DNA of 63,956 nucleotides, counting the filler, from Stramenopiles sp. TOSAG23-2 (Eukaryota): assembly GCA_900128395.1 (NCBI GenBank). It is 3 parts of 3 records of this genome, joined end to end, with 100 filler letters (N's around TTAATTAATTAA, not from the genome) between each part and the next. Parts side by side here need not be neighbours in the genome. Positions count along the whole stretch, not along the records: positions 22,809 to 45,477 come from LT649506.1; positions 45,578 to 63,956 come from LT649605.1; 1 more part is not named here. One strand, given 5' to 3'. Below are positions 34,979-46,570 of this stretch, in pieces. A program made the position numbers and the translations under genes. The notes below the pieces were generated by a model, which was not told where the DNA came from, searched no databases, and was given only the letters and a program-made list of their open reading frames with translations. Every line of letters begins with the position of its first letter. The stretch's first letter is position 1.

Positions 34979-35836
34979 TTAATAACGATTACGGCGGCCT
35001 TCACCTTTACCAGAGTCCAATTGTTTTGTTGATTTTACGAAAAAATCAGAGAATGTTTGCATTGGTGAGTCTGCTAATGGTTTGTCCTCCCACAAATCTG
35101 GTGATAAGTATGAGTACGTTTTTTGTAATGCACCAAAAATTGCTTTAATGAAATTACCAGTTGTACGGGTGTGACCAACAGAGGATGAATAACAATCATT
35201 GATACCAGCCATATTTAATAATTTTTTGGATGCAGGTGCACAAACCAAACCAGTACCACGAGGTGCTGGAATTAATCGTACACGTACGGAACCACATTTT
35301 GCACTAACTTTACATGGTACAGTGTGTGGTAAACCAATACGGGAACCCCAGTAACCACGACGTACTGGTGATACATTGATTTTTGCAGCAATGATTGCAC
35401 CGCGGATAGCATCTGCAACTTCTTTACCAACTTTCATGCCAAGACCTAAATGACCATCGTTGTCACCTACAGCAACAAAAGCTTGGAAGCGTGTACGCTG
35501 ACCAGCAGTTGTTTGTTTTTGTACTGGCATAATTTGCATAACTTCATCAACCATTTTCTCTTTCATGAAGTAATCAATGATTTGGAATTCTTTGATTGGG
35601 ATACTGAAAAGGTAAATTTCTTCAAGAGATTTGATTTTTCCAGCTTTGACTAAACGTCCAAGTTTAGTTACTGGTGTCCATTCGTCACGGTCTTTACCGC
35701 CACCACGTCCACGTCCTCTACCACGTCCTCTACCACGTCCGCGTCCTCTTCCACGTCCGCGTCCACGTCCACGTCCAAAGCCACCACGGCCACCTTCTCC
35801 AGTCTCTGCTGGTGCATTATTTTGTTCTTCTGCCAT
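34979..35836 (-). CDS. RPS2: 40S ribosomal protein S2 (uS5)
   Basis: RG-rich N-terminus, [36 protein letters not shown]. Confidence 0.98.
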   Translation of the reverse strand: MAEEQNNAPAETGEGGRGGFGRGRGRGRGRGRGRGRGRGRGRGRGGGKDRDEWTPVTKLGRLVKAGKIKSLEEIYLFSIPIKEFQIIDYFMKEKMVDEVMQIMPVQKQTTAGQRTRFQAFVAVGDNDGHLGLGMKVGKEVADAIRGAIIAAKINVSPVRRGYWGSRIGLPHTVPCKVSAKCGSVRVRLIPAPRGTGLVCAPASKKLLNMAGINDCYSSSVGHTRTTGNFIKAIFGALQKTYSYLSPDLWEDKPLADSPMQTFSDFFVKSTKQLDSGKGEGRRNRY

Positions 35837-36070
35837 CTTTTTTCTTTTTTAATAAATTTGATTTGTTTTTTGTTGGGAGATGTTTTTTATATAATATAAT
35901 ATATATATCTATCTATCTATCTTTCTGTTGATCTATTGCTCTTTCATGTATATCTTTAAATATATAGTATATATACTTTCATAATTTATGTATTTCTAAA
36001 TGATTTTGTATTGTAAGTGGTACATATATGTATATGATAGGTAGAAGTTCTAAATATTTGGGCTGGCCAC

Positions 36071-36178
36071 TGGCTGGGAACTGATCTAGTGGAATAGGAT
36101 GTCAATACCATTGATGTTCCTCCGTGGTTTTCATATAGAAATACCAGGGGTATAGAATACCACTGATCACACCAGCCG
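36071..36178. ncRNA. Candidate structured non-coding RNA (family and strand undetermined)
   Basis: GC-richer island. Closing stem GGCTGG..TGATC.AGTGG pairs with CCACT.GATCA..CCAGCC and encloses two internal hairpins. Confidence 0.4.
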
Positions 36179-36649
36179 CCTGGTATGTCGTTGAATGAAG
36201 AAGATACAACACCCGATCTACGAGTATTGCTGATGTACGTAGTGCTGTGGCTTTTAAAAGCACTTAAAATATTAAAGTAGTAGCTCCTCAGCTAGCTCCT
36301 AGTCGGCTGTTTATTATAAGCTCAGCACCTCTATTTTACCTCGATCGATCGATCTCCTCTTCTATTTATGCGGTCAGATTGTTGTATTACATCTTGAGAG
36401 AGAGAGAGAGAGACAGTTTTTACACACAAAGATAAACAATATGTACGTGTACGCTTAAAGATACACTGTACGTATGTCTTTTAACTGTAAAATATACAAA
36501 AAATTACAGACGAAAGGAAAAACTTTTTTTTCTCTTGTTTTCTGTTTTTATATTTCACTCCCTTTTTTAAAAATTTTAATTTCCATAAAATTGAGAACTA
36601 GACAAAAAATCATCCCCTCTTCTTTTTTCCTATTATAATTTTTCTTGAT

Positions 36650-37369
36650 TTACTTTTGTTCCTCCTTTGGTTCATAACCTTCAGGTGGAACTAATTGTAA
36701 ATATGCTGTACCATATGGTAAGAATTCAGCTTGATGGATGTCAGAAACATTTTTTGCATTTTCATATTCATTTGTAATACGTGCAATATCTTCCTCATTT
36801 GCATCACGAATGTGAACAGCTGGATTACCACCCCATACTTGACCAGATGGTATACGTCGTCCTGGTGGAACAACTGAACCTGCCTCAATAATGCAATTTT
36901 TTTCAATCAAGGCACCATCTAATACAACAGCACGTTGACCAATTATACAATTATCCTCGACTACGCACGAGGATAATACTGCACCGTCTAACACGGATAC
37001 AAAGCTTCCGATCGTTGTCGATGTTGGAAAACCATCACCACTTTCTTTGCTAACTTGTACAACAACGTTATCACGTATATTCGTATTTGCACCAACTCTG
37101 ATTTTATTTGTATCACCACGTAATACAGCACCATACCATACCGATGAACGATCCATCACTTTAACATCACCAATAACCGATGCATTTGGTGCTACAAAAG
37201 CATCGACTGCAACAAATGGCCTTTTATCAAACAAATTCATTAAAGTACGATGCCTGGACCATGATTCCAAGAACGTATAATCACCTTGTGCTCTAGCACC
37301 TAAACGATCCAACGCTTGACCAGTTTCACGAAATGCTTTACCAAACTCTACACCAAAACGTCTTAACAT
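36650..37369 (-). CDS. Gamma carbonic anhydrase-like mitochondrial complex I subunit
   Basis: RETGQALDRLG N-terminus, SRHRTLM, FVAPNASVIGDV, SVWYGAVLRGD hexapeptide repeats, WGGNPA. Confidence 0.92.
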   Translation of the reverse strand: MLRRFGVEFGKAFRETGQALDRLGARAQGDYTFLESWSRHRTLMNLFDKRPFVAVDAFVAPNASVIGDVKVMDRSSVWYGAVLRGDTNKIRVGANTNIRDNVVVQVSKESGDGFPTSTTIGSFVSVLDGAVLSSCVVEDNCIIGQRAVVLDGALIEKNCIIEAGSVVPPGRRIPSGQVWGGNPAVHIRDANEEDIARITNEYENAKNVSDIHQAEFLPYGTAYLQLVPPEGYEPKEEQK

Positions 37370-37999
37370 ATTTATATATATATATATATATTCAGTTATA
37401 TGTATATATCTAAAAAGACAATTGTATGTATATAATATATATATATATATATATTATATCTACCTTGACAAATATATTTGACTAGTAACGGTACATGTGT
37501 TTCTAATCATCTAATAAATAATATATATATAAATATTCTAAATTAGACTAATATATATGGTGGCTTCATTCATTTTTTTGTTGTGTTGTTGTTGATAAAA
37601 AAAAAAAATATGCGATGATTTTTTACAAACGCAACTGGCAAACCAAATGATGCTAAATCCATCCTATATTTATAGTGCTATTCCTATACTAAATAAAGAT
37701 TAAAGATATTATTTCGTCGAGGAAGGCACATCGATCACAAAATGTATGGGATAGATAGATATTATTTTTCTAATATTTATTAATAATAGATATAATATAT
37801 TATTTGGAAGAGAGATAACATAGATACAATTTTACAACCCATCATCTTTTACCACCTGTGTTCTCTCTTTTTCCTGCTCTCTTTCTCCCAATCCACCTTT
37901 TCCACACTACAACAATATTTTGAAATTGGTATTTCTGAAATTTTATTGTTATAAAATAGATAATAGTATAGTAAGAAAAATAATATTAATAATTATACC

Positions 38000-40900
38000 A
38001 TGGGTTGTTGTCAAAATAAAGAGGAAGAAATTAATATTGTAAAAATAAGTGAAAATAAACATGGAAAAGTTGTAACACAAAGTTTTAATAAAAAATTAGA
38101 CAAAGATAAGAAGGATCGTTTGAAAAGTCATGCTTCATCTTCAGGTTCAACTGAAGAGCTTATTGATCTCGATATGACGCGGTACATGATACATATATCA
38201 CATGTAAAAGGTAGAAATCTTGTACCAAAAGATGTAACGACAAGCGATCCATATGTTGTTTTCAACTGGGATGGAAATGAACAAAAAACAATAGTAAAGA
38301 ACTATACACTTAATCCTGTATGGGAAGATGTTTTTCAATTTTATTTTGAATGCAATGTCTCGGAATTGAAAAATAAAAGATTTTCAATAGATGTTTACGA
38401 TTATAACAGCTTAACAAAAGATCAAAGCATCGGGTATCGTAATTTTACATTAGATACAGTTGCTACTGGCCCTATACATTATGATATTTCATTAAAATCG
38501 AAAAAAAATGCTAGTTATTCTGGCCGTTTAGCATTTAACATAGTGATGAGAGAATATGGTCGTTGGCCGGTTATATTTAAAGGCGTACGCCTTGTAATGA
38601 ATCATAATTTTTTAAACCATACGTTAGATTCAAATAAAAATGCTAGAGATAACGCGGAGGATATAGTAGATATCAAAGCATTTTCCAAACGATCATTTAC
38701 ATTTCAATATGATTTCACGGATCAAGAACATAATTTAATTGCAAATAAATCTCCTATTAAAAAGCAACCCGAGAACCCATTTGGCAATGTGTGGACTATC
38801 ATATGGAAAGGAAATGACATTCCAGCTATATTGACTAGCGAGGAAACTTTTGCAGACGTTTTAGGCTCAACGATACGTGTTGTCTTGGTAGATACAAGAA
38901 CATATTTTAATAAAAAAATTACGGTACTTGATGATGTATGGGGCCAATGTTGGTTACAAATGAATAAATTATATTCATTCTCAGAAAAAGATAATAAGCA
39001 ACAGAACAAACTTGGTAGAAAGACACAGTTTGAAGAGCCTTTGTGGTTTAGAGGGAAGAAAGTAGGTTACATTGAAGGAATTATATCATTTAAAAAAACA
39101 CCATCTTCTGCACAACTGGTTAGTGGTGTAATGACGGAGGATGGCGTGAAAACGGCGAGCCCCGTGATTGTTGGAACATTACATAAAGGGTTATTATCCT
39201 TTGTTAGATCCGGAACGGAAAACAAGGTCCCGAAGGAAGCAAGTACATTAGGTAAATTGCTTGGCAAAATGCCAAAATTAATTCAATATCGTAGAACATA
39301 TAAAAAAAATATACAAAAAGGCAAGTTAAAATATTACAAAGGATTGAAGGATATGCTAAATTTAATACGCCATACACATAAAGATTCAATGATTTCATAT
39401 ATATATGTAAGCAACGAAGCAAAACAATCAACACAAGAGCTTTTTCTATCGGTTGGAAAATTTATTTTGGATAAGCTTGAAGGGAGAAGTGGTGATTTTG
39501 TTGAACAACGATTTTTATATCGTATAATACTAGCCATATTTCGTCGTGGCGAAATATGTAATTTAACATTACTAGGCTTTGATCCGGTACAACCAAGTGC
39601 ATTTGATGCTGATAATAAATTAATTGATAAGAGAGCGCTCGATATTGTCGTAGTTGCACGAGGACTGCTGATACGTGCATTATCCTATTGTCTATATAAA
39701 TTGCGTTTTGAAGGTAAAAGCGACGAAACATTTGCATTTACTTCACATATCATAGCATTATCTATTTTTCGTCTTCCAAAATTTGGTGAATCGTTTGTGC
39801 AAAGTATTTTATCGGTAGATGAAATTGATTTACCATTGTCAGAATGGGAAGGGTCTGGTGGCAGAGTAGCAATTCAAAAGTTATCAACTATAAAACGACG
39901 TGGTTCTTGGAGTAAAGATGGTTCAACAAGAGGATTGACACGAGATCGATCTTTTTTACCAGGATTGCATGGGGACCCGAGTGTATTAGTTTTAGATTGG
40001 CAAGGTTTAGCTGATTATTTAATGGAATATCGTAAAGACGAGATATTAAAACAGAACGAAAAGTTGCCGAAATCTGCAATGGATCCAACCGCAGTGCAAA
40101 AAATTATTTTAAAAAAAATCGACTTGAAAAAAAATGGAAAGACGTATACTTTCTCCGATCAGAAACTGAGGCGTGATGATTTTGAATCAGATGAAGCGTA
40201 TTCACAAGCGCAAAAGGAGAGGCGCGTAGAAAAGTTAGAAGCCTCTTGGGTACTACGTATTCATGGTAAAAAGCGTTTATTTTATTTAGTATGTGGAGCG
40301 TACATGGAAGAAATCTTTGATAGAGTTGCTGTTGTTAAAAGTGACATACAATATCATAAGTTTCCATTCTACGCACATATACTGAAAGCATTTTTGTTGG
40401 AATTAAAAGATAAAGATAATCAAGGCGATGCGTTGATACGGTTGAGTCGCACCATGCTGGTATGTCCAGGGGTAATGGATGTTATGGTGAAGATGACATT
40501 TAATACGTGTCATGCGAGAGACTTAACGGAAATATCTGTAGCATTAGCAATGGTCAGATCATGGGTTGTTAGTATGGGCACGTGGCATAATCGAAAATCC
40601 TTTAGTGGATTCTCTTTAAGAGGTTTAAATCGTATTTCGATGGATACTTCGTTCGATTTTCATTACTTTTTTAGTGCAATTAGAATTTTACTGTCTGCTG
40701 GTAATCCATCACAAGTAACAGTGAAAGGTGTGGAATTTTTATATTCTATCTGGGATACAATACCGCAGCAACATGCGGAACTGTTGGTGCGACAATTACT
40801 TGAAGATGGCACGTTCGTTGGTTTATTTTTACACTGGGAAAGAGAAGTAAGGCATTTTTTCTCACATTTAGTAGCTTTTCGTATATTGCAAATACAAGGT

Positions 40901-41875
40901 TGGTCTGGTGATGCAGGTAGTCCTTCTATTGGATATGAAGAATTCTTGGAAGATGATTCTAAGGATCCATTATATTATCCAATTCGTGCAGATGGTACAT
41001 TGGTAAACGATGCAGATGCAGAGGCAGGTTCCGATGATATGTCGAAAAAGAAAATATCAATGGAAGATGATGGAGATGAATATGGCAGAATATCATTTGA
41101 TTTTGATACAACGCAAGATAAACTTTTAAAAGCCATACAAGATAAAGCTAGAAAGAAGCAGCAAGGTCGAAGTAATGGCGGTAGTGATCAGTTTCCTCCT
41201 ACAGTTGATGAAGATGATGGATTCTCACAAAATGAAGGAACTTTAAAGAAGCGAAGTTCATCCTTCATTCTACATGCACAAGATTTGTCACATGTCGATA
41301 TGCTTGTATATGAAGCATGTGCCGCTATATTACGTCAAATACGCCGTGAGATGTTAACGTACGAGGAAGGGCGTAAGAAACAGTATGGTGAGACTAGGCT
41401 TGATGCAGATTACAAGACGAAGGATATGCCAAAAAATTGCATCGTAGAAAACAATGCCAATATTGATGAGAATAAGAATGGGATTTCAGATGAAGACAAA
41501 ATGGATTACGCCTCTGAATTTAGCAAAACAGCAAAAAAAGCTAGAATACACCCATTACCTGGTGGTGAAGCTATTGAAAAGTTGTTGAACAAGGAAGTAG
41601 TGGAGAGGGATAAAGCAATACTCTCTGGAACTGTTTCTGGATTAACAATTCCATCATTTAATAAAGTAAATATTGTATACGCAAAACACGCATGTCATGA
41701 ATACACACAATGTGCTATAGAAGCAGAGGCTCTTGAATTGCAAGTGAAAGCTGCAGATAGACATTTAACACGTGCAATTTCAGTCCCTGCATTGCAATTT
41801 CATGCTGTTGTGAAAGATCATGGTGAAATACGAAGTGCATTGAAAGTTAGTAAGACGAGTAAAATTAAGTTATAA
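38000..41875 (+). CDS. N-acylated C2-domain protein with C-terminal DUF1765-like helical region
   Basis: MGCC N-terminus (myristoyl/palmitoyl signal); C2 domain (SDPYV, TLNPVWE, DVYDY); LFLHWEREVRHFF motif. Confidence 0.8.
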   Translation: MGCCQNKEEEINIVKISENKHGKVVTQSFNKKLDKDKKDRLKSHASSSGSTEELIDLDMTRYMIHISHVKGRNLVPKDVTTSDPYVVFNWDGNEQKTIVKNYTLNPVWEDVFQFYFECNVSELKNKRFSIDVYDYNSLTKDQSIGYRNFTLDTVATGPIHYDISLKSKKNASYSGRLAFNIVMREYGRWPVIFKGVRLVMNHNFLNHTLDSNKNARDNAEDIVDIKAFSKRSFTFQYDFTDQEHNLIANKSPIKKQPENPFGNVWTIIWKGNDIPAILTSEETFADVLGSTIRVVLVDTRTYFNKKITVLDDVWGQCWLQMNKLYSFSEKDNKQQNKLGRKTQFEEPLWFRGKKVGYIEGIISFKKTPSSAQLVSGVMTEDGVKTASPVIVGTLHKGLLSFVRSGTENKVPKEASTLGKLLGKMPKLIQYRRTYKKNIQKGKLKYYKGLKDMLNLIRHTHKDSMISYIYVSNEAKQSTQELFLSVGKFILDKLEGRSGDFVEQRFLYRIILAIFRRGEICNLTLLGFDPVQPSAFDADNKLIDKRALDIVVVARGLLIRALSYCLYKLRFEGKSDETFAFTSHIIALSIFRLPKFGESFVQSILSVDEIDLPLSEWEGSGGRVAIQKLSTIKRRGSWSKDGSTRGLTRDRSFLPGLHGDPSVLVLDWQGLADYLMEYRKDEILKQNEKLPKSAMDPTAVQKIILKKIDLKKNGKTYTFSDQKLRRDDFESDEAYSQAQKERRVEKLEASWVLRIHGKKRLFYLVCGAYMEEIFDRVAVVKSDIQYHKFPFYAHILKAFLLELKDKDNQGDALIRLSRTMLVCPGVMDVMVKMTFNTCHARDLTEISVALAMVRSWVVSMGTWHNRKSFSGFSLRGLNRISMDTSFDFHYFFSAIRILLSAGNPSQVTVKGVEFLYSIWDTIPQQHAELLVRQLLEDGTFVGLFLHWEREVRHFFSHLVAFRILQIQGWSGDAGSPSIGYEEFLEDDSKDPLYYPIRADGTLVNDADAEAGSDDMSKKKISMEDDGDEYGRISFDFDTTQDKLLKAIQDKARKKQQGRSNGGSDQFPPTVDEDDGFSQNEGTLKKRSSSFILHAQDLSHVDMLVYEACAAILRQIRREMLTYEEGRKKQYGETRLDADYKTKDMPKNCIVENNANIDENKNGISDEDKMDYASEFSKTAKKARIHPLPGGEAIEKLLNKEVVERDKAILSGTVSGLTIPSFNKVNIVYAKHACHEYTQCAIEAEALELQVKAADRHLTRAISVPALQFHAVVKDHGEIRSALKVSKTSKIKL

Positions 41876-42123
41876 TTATGTCCAAGATATAAATACGAGC
41901 GTAAAAATTTTTATTTTTTCTTTAAATGTATTTTAAAAAATACGAAGTATTATCATATGATATATACGTCGTAAAAAATTAAAGAAATATGATATTACTC
42001 TTCGTAATAAAAATGTGTACGAAGTAATATAAAATATATAATACAAATATAAAAATATTACATGTGTGTTTAAATATTATTTATAATTTAAATGATCTAG
42101 GGTACGTTCCCCTACTTCTTTCA

Positions 42124-44241
42124 TTATTCCTCAACATCCATTTTCTCTTCAGTCTCATCATCTTTCTTCTTTTTTTCTTCATTATTTTCAACAACAGCAT
42201 CGTCGTCTTTCTTTTCTTCTTCCGCCTCCTCTTTCTTTTCTTCTTCCGCCTCATCTTTTTCTTTATCTTCTTCCTCCTGTTCCTCTTCTTCATCTTTTTC
42301 TTTCTCTTCTACTTTTTTTCTCTCTATATAGCCTAAGTTTTCTGCAGCATTAACAATACTTCCACCTTTTAAATCTTTGAACGTATTAAATTGCTTTGAT
42401 GCAGTTAATCTTAACGATTTCCATGAATATACTTTATCATGTCTTGGATGATATAGATCCTCAATTCCATTTTCCGGATCTTCTGCGTCTATTACAGGCT
42501 CATACCATTGCTTCAAATCTTGAATCTCTTCATTTGGTTTACAATGCGTCACTAAATTAAAATCATTTTCACCATCTTTTGAATCCTCCCAAAATTTTTT
42601 CAATGCTGGCTGCACCGTAGTACCAGCTTTTGCCCTGCGTTGTGTAATGGCATCTTTTGAGCCTTTTTTCAACGCTTTATTTTTAGCTTCAGCAATTGCA
42701 GTATTCATCTTCTTTTTCTCTTTCGCTCTATCTTCCAAATCTTTTGGATCAGAAAATCTTTCATATTTTGGACATTTCTTATTGTATTTCCAAAGTTTCC
42801 ATTTCACACAACTTTTCAACGTTTCAAAGACACCATCAGCAAATGCTTTACCATTTGAGGTGATTGATGCAAGCAAATTCAATACGTGCTGTCTACATTT
42901 TGCTATTTTCTCCATTTCAGACTTTTTGATTGAAGTTCCAGAGAAACGAAGTTCTTCTAAGATGATCAAAATTTGACAAAAAACATGACGTCGTAATTGT
43001 GGATCAATAACTTGTAGACGGAAAAGTCGAGCTGTAGTTAAATATTTAACAGCAGAAAAGGTATCCATGTCATCCTCATCATTTTCTCCTGCCATCATCG
43101 TCATACTATTATTATTATTATTACTTTTGTTTCCACCATCTTTTTCTCGGGGCAATGAATGATCACCAAATAATTCCAATACGTCATCAACAGCTTGAAG
43201 AAATCGACGACGTGGCGTTGGACCTTTCAAAATTTCTGTCGGATCACGAAAAAATTCTTGTTGTAAGTTCCAAAAATTTGCATAAGAACTATATGATATT
43301 TTTGTTGTTGTTTCATTGCTGTTGTTACTGTTATCCACTTCATTATTAAATACTTCCTCCAAATCATAAACAGTCGTATTGGATACATTTCGTTTTTTGG
43401 TCAAATTCAATGCACTTTTTTCCGATAATGGAAATATTCTAGCTAAAAATAAGGAAATTCTACCACAAAATAATGAATTTTGAGTTGTTGACAAACGTTT
43501 TAATAAACTATTTGCTAAACGTAAAAGCCATAATTTACTCTTAATATTTCTACCATCCGTTGGAACAAGAGATTCATGTGATATTGTTTCAGATAGCGAC
43601 TCTACTAAATCCCAAATTTGCTCACAAACGGTAATTGTTTGAGTATTTAACACACTATCTAATAAAACAAAAGGAGCTTTACCAGCAACTTTTTGACCAA
43701 TAGCACATTTCAAAGCAAGTGAAAATAAACCAGGTAACCAATTCATAATATTGTCATTCTCTTTACTAGTTTTTATTACTTTTCGTTTTTTCTTTTTCCT
43801 ACTATCACCGTCGTCTCCCATATTATTATTATTGTTGGTCGAACCAACATTATCACCAGCAAATGCTAGTAACGCGAACTCGACTACATTTTGCACTTCC
43901 TCAGTAACTTGCTCCTCGTTGAAATGCTTATTATTATCCTGTATTTCCTGTTTCATTGTAGCACATGTTTCAGATAGTTTTTCATAATTTTCATTTACAA
44001 TAGTTTCTTCAGCATCTTGTAAATTATCAATCTTTTGAATAAAATCCTTCATAGAAGTTACATAATGTTGGAATAATTTCTTAGGTGACGACGATGATGA
44101 TGAGGATGACGACGTCGTCGTTTCGCTAATGCCTTTTAATTTTGATGCTGTTTTTTTGCTCCTACTTTTTGGTTTCAACTCTTGATGTTCTGCTCCTCTA
44201 CTCATACTGCGACTGCGGCTACGGGTTATACGTCTTGACAT
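42124..44241 (-). CDS. THOC1: THO complex subunit 1 (THOC1/Hpr1)
   Basis: LLRLANSLLKRLS, FCGRISLFLARIFPLSEKSALN, FWNLQ, KYLTTARLFRLQ, WKLWK..CP motifs. Confidence 0.92.
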   Translation of the reverse strand: MSRRITRSRSRSMSRGAEHQELKPKSRSKKTASKLKGISETTTSSSSSSSSSPKKLFQHYVTSMKDFIQKIDNLQDAEETIVNENYEKLSETCATMKQEIQDNNKHFNEEQVTEEVQNVVEFALLAFAGDNVGSTNNNNNMGDDGDSRKKKKRKVIKTSKENDNIMNWLPGLFSLALKCAIGQKVAGKAPFVLLDSVLNTQTITVCEQIWDLVESLSETISHESLVPTDGRNIKSKLWLLRLANSLLKRLSTTQNSLFCGRISLFLARIFPLSEKSALNLTKKRNVSNTTVYDLEEVFNNEVDNSNNSNETTTKISYSSYANFWNLQQEFFRDPTEILKGPTPRRRFLQAVDDVLELFGDHSLPREKDGGNKSNNNNNSMTMMAGENDEDDMDTFSAVKYLTTARLFRLQVIDPQLRRHVFCQILIILEELRFSGTSIKKSEMEKIAKCRQHVLNLLASITSNGKAFADGVFETLKSCVKWKLWKYNKKCPKYERFSDPKDLEDRAKEKKKMNTAIAEAKNKALKKGSKDAITQRRAKAGTTVQPALKKFWEDSKDGENDFNLVTHCKPNEEIQDLKQWYEPVIDAEDPENGIEDLYHPRHDKVYSWKSLRLTASKQFNTFKDLKGGSIVNAAENLGYIERKKVEEKEKDEEEEQEEEDKEKDEAEEEKKEEAEEEKKDDDAVVENNEEKKKKDDETEEKMDVEE

Positions 44242-44266
44242 GTTGTAGTAGGAAAAATAATTTTGG

Positions 44267-44304
<38 letters not shown>

Positions 44305-45477
44305 GTAAGATGTTTTTGTGATGGGGAATGATGTGCGATAGGAAGGGAATGATACATCTGGGGTGAAAATGATTTAATAAATGTGTATATTTAATTAGTT
44401 GCCTATTATTATTTTTAAAAAGTGCAACAAAATCCTTTTTTTGTATGTATAAGTATGTATGATCCCGGATGATTGCCTGGATTGCCAGATTGCCTCAGCG
44501 ATTCTGACATTTTTCTCACGTTTTTTTTGGTTATGTCTTGGATTTAGAATGGACACAGCAGTTACTACAAAATAAAACTACACAGTATTGAAAAATGAAC
44601 CATTTATTGGAAATCTGCACTGAACAACTCTGACTGAAGCCATTTTGTCATTTATCTTTTGCAGATATGGCCAGACTGTGTTGTTGTAATTCGCGTAGGC
44701 GAATGCCTTGGATAATTCCATGTAATCATTTAAATTATCACCATACTTCTTGTTATTTTGTACTAAAAGTTTTGTTAACTCTTTTAAAGACATGTTTTTT
44801 AATGCCTCATAATTCATACTATGTATATATTCGAACTTGCAATTTAATAATAGGGAACTTGCAATTTAATAATAGAAATCATTCCTTTACTGATGAGATT
44901 GTTGAAAAAAAACATAGTACATGGACTAAATGGAAAGATAAATATACTACTACTACTACTACTACTACTACAACAAAACGAACAAGCGATTTTAAACCTG
45001 ATGACCATGAAGATATAATTGAAAAAATCAATGCAATTACATCGGGAGAAAATATAGAAGCAGAAGTTATGTTGTAAACATTACGAGTACTTTATAATCA
45101 AACACGTGCGCGTGACCGTCGCATTAGGGGATTAAAATTCTGGTGTAGAGGAGGAAAGAGGAAAAATATTGAGATTGAGTATTGAGCATATTATGATACT
45201 TAGCACGGGAAGTAAAATATATTATTATAACTTTGATTTTAACTATCATTTTAATATTATACTCGTATGATAACTTAGATTTTAATCATCCTTTTTTTAT
45301 ATAAAATATTCTTTTTTTTTATATATATATGAGTTCGTATATATATATATATGACAGCTGAAAAGATCAAAGGTGCCGATTTGGCATATAGGGGAACAGC
45401 ATTAAGAAGGTCCTTTTTTACGTAAAATTCCTTAAAACTAGTAAAATATTTATATTAAGTATGACTTTAGTATACTA

Positions 45478-45577
45478 NNNNNNNNNNNNNNNNNNNNNNN
45501 NNNNNNNNNNNNNNNNNNNNNTTAATTAATTAANNNNNNNNNNNNNNNNNNNNNNNNNNNNNNNNNNNNNNNNNNNN
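45478..45577. other. Artificial contig-joining spacer
   Basis: Same 100-nt N/TTAATTAATTAA/N structure as at 22709. Confidence 0.97.
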
Positions 45578-46039
45578 AGTGTAGAGTTTTTAACACAAAA
45601 ATATGATAAATTTGATCCAGAAATTGCACCAAAAATGTATATAATATTTGAAAAACGATTTCCACGTACAAATTTATTTTCACAAATACATCAAACAATA
45701 TTACGTTTTCACCCATTGCGTAAAAGAGATAACACAATACCAATGATGCAATATACTGAAGATGATATTGCTGGCATGGTATACCCATGGTCAAGATGGG
45801 AGAATACAGAAGCAACAAAATATTTAGATGAAAATTGGATTAATTCACAAAAAGATCTATTGTTACAATATGCAGATACAATTGTTACCAATATTCTTGA
45901 ATCATATGGTGCAAAAGATGATAATGATGAAGATAGGGATGGAACTGATGGTGAAAATAATAACAACGACGGTACTACTAATAGTGGTGCCGATACATCC
46001 AGATCCATTGCAAATGTTACTACTACTACTGGAAGATAA
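45578..46039 (+). CDS. 3' part of a hypothetical protein cut by the contig start
   Basis: Reading frame open from the contig edge; host-like composition with acidic/Asn/Thr tail. Confidence 0.5.
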   Translation, partial: SVEFLTQKYDKFDPEIAPKMYIIFEKRFPRTNLFSQIHQTILRFHPLRKRDNTIPMMQYTEDDIAGMVYPWSRWENTEATKYLDENWINSQKDLLLQYADTIVTNILESYGAKDDNDEDRDGTDGENNNNDGTTNSGADTSRSIANVTTTTGR

Positions 46040-46570
46040 ATGTTTTGAAATATTACTCATTTACTTAATAACATATATATATATATATATAAAGCATTTT
46101 ATGTAAAGGTGATCTTGACATATTGATTGAAGGAAAGGTACATATATCTATATATAATAGTAAAAGTCGTGTGTGTGTGAATGTGGTGTGAATGATTTTT
46201 TATTTTTATAAAATAACACGTATTACTATTGGATTTTTATAACCTTATTCAAATAATCTCAATAAATAATTTCAATTTTAAATTATTATTGGTGTGTGGA
46301 TCATCACATTTAGGGGATTTAGAAGATAGAAGATGAAAGAACAAAGAAAAAAACATATTCAATTATAGATAGATACAACATTTATTCATTCATTCATTGT
46401 ATTACATCAAAATATACATCGTTATTGGAGTATATATATATACATTTTCATATATATATACATATTTTCATATATATATACATATTTTTTTTTTTTTAAA
46501 TTTATTTTTATTTTTTAAATTTATTATCAAAATTTTGAATAATTAAGTTAAAATTACATCAACTAAAAAC

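Noticed and set aside
44578..45077. Two overlapping small ORFs on opposite strands
   Set aside because: No recognisable motifs, near a contig end; cannot tell which, if either, is real.
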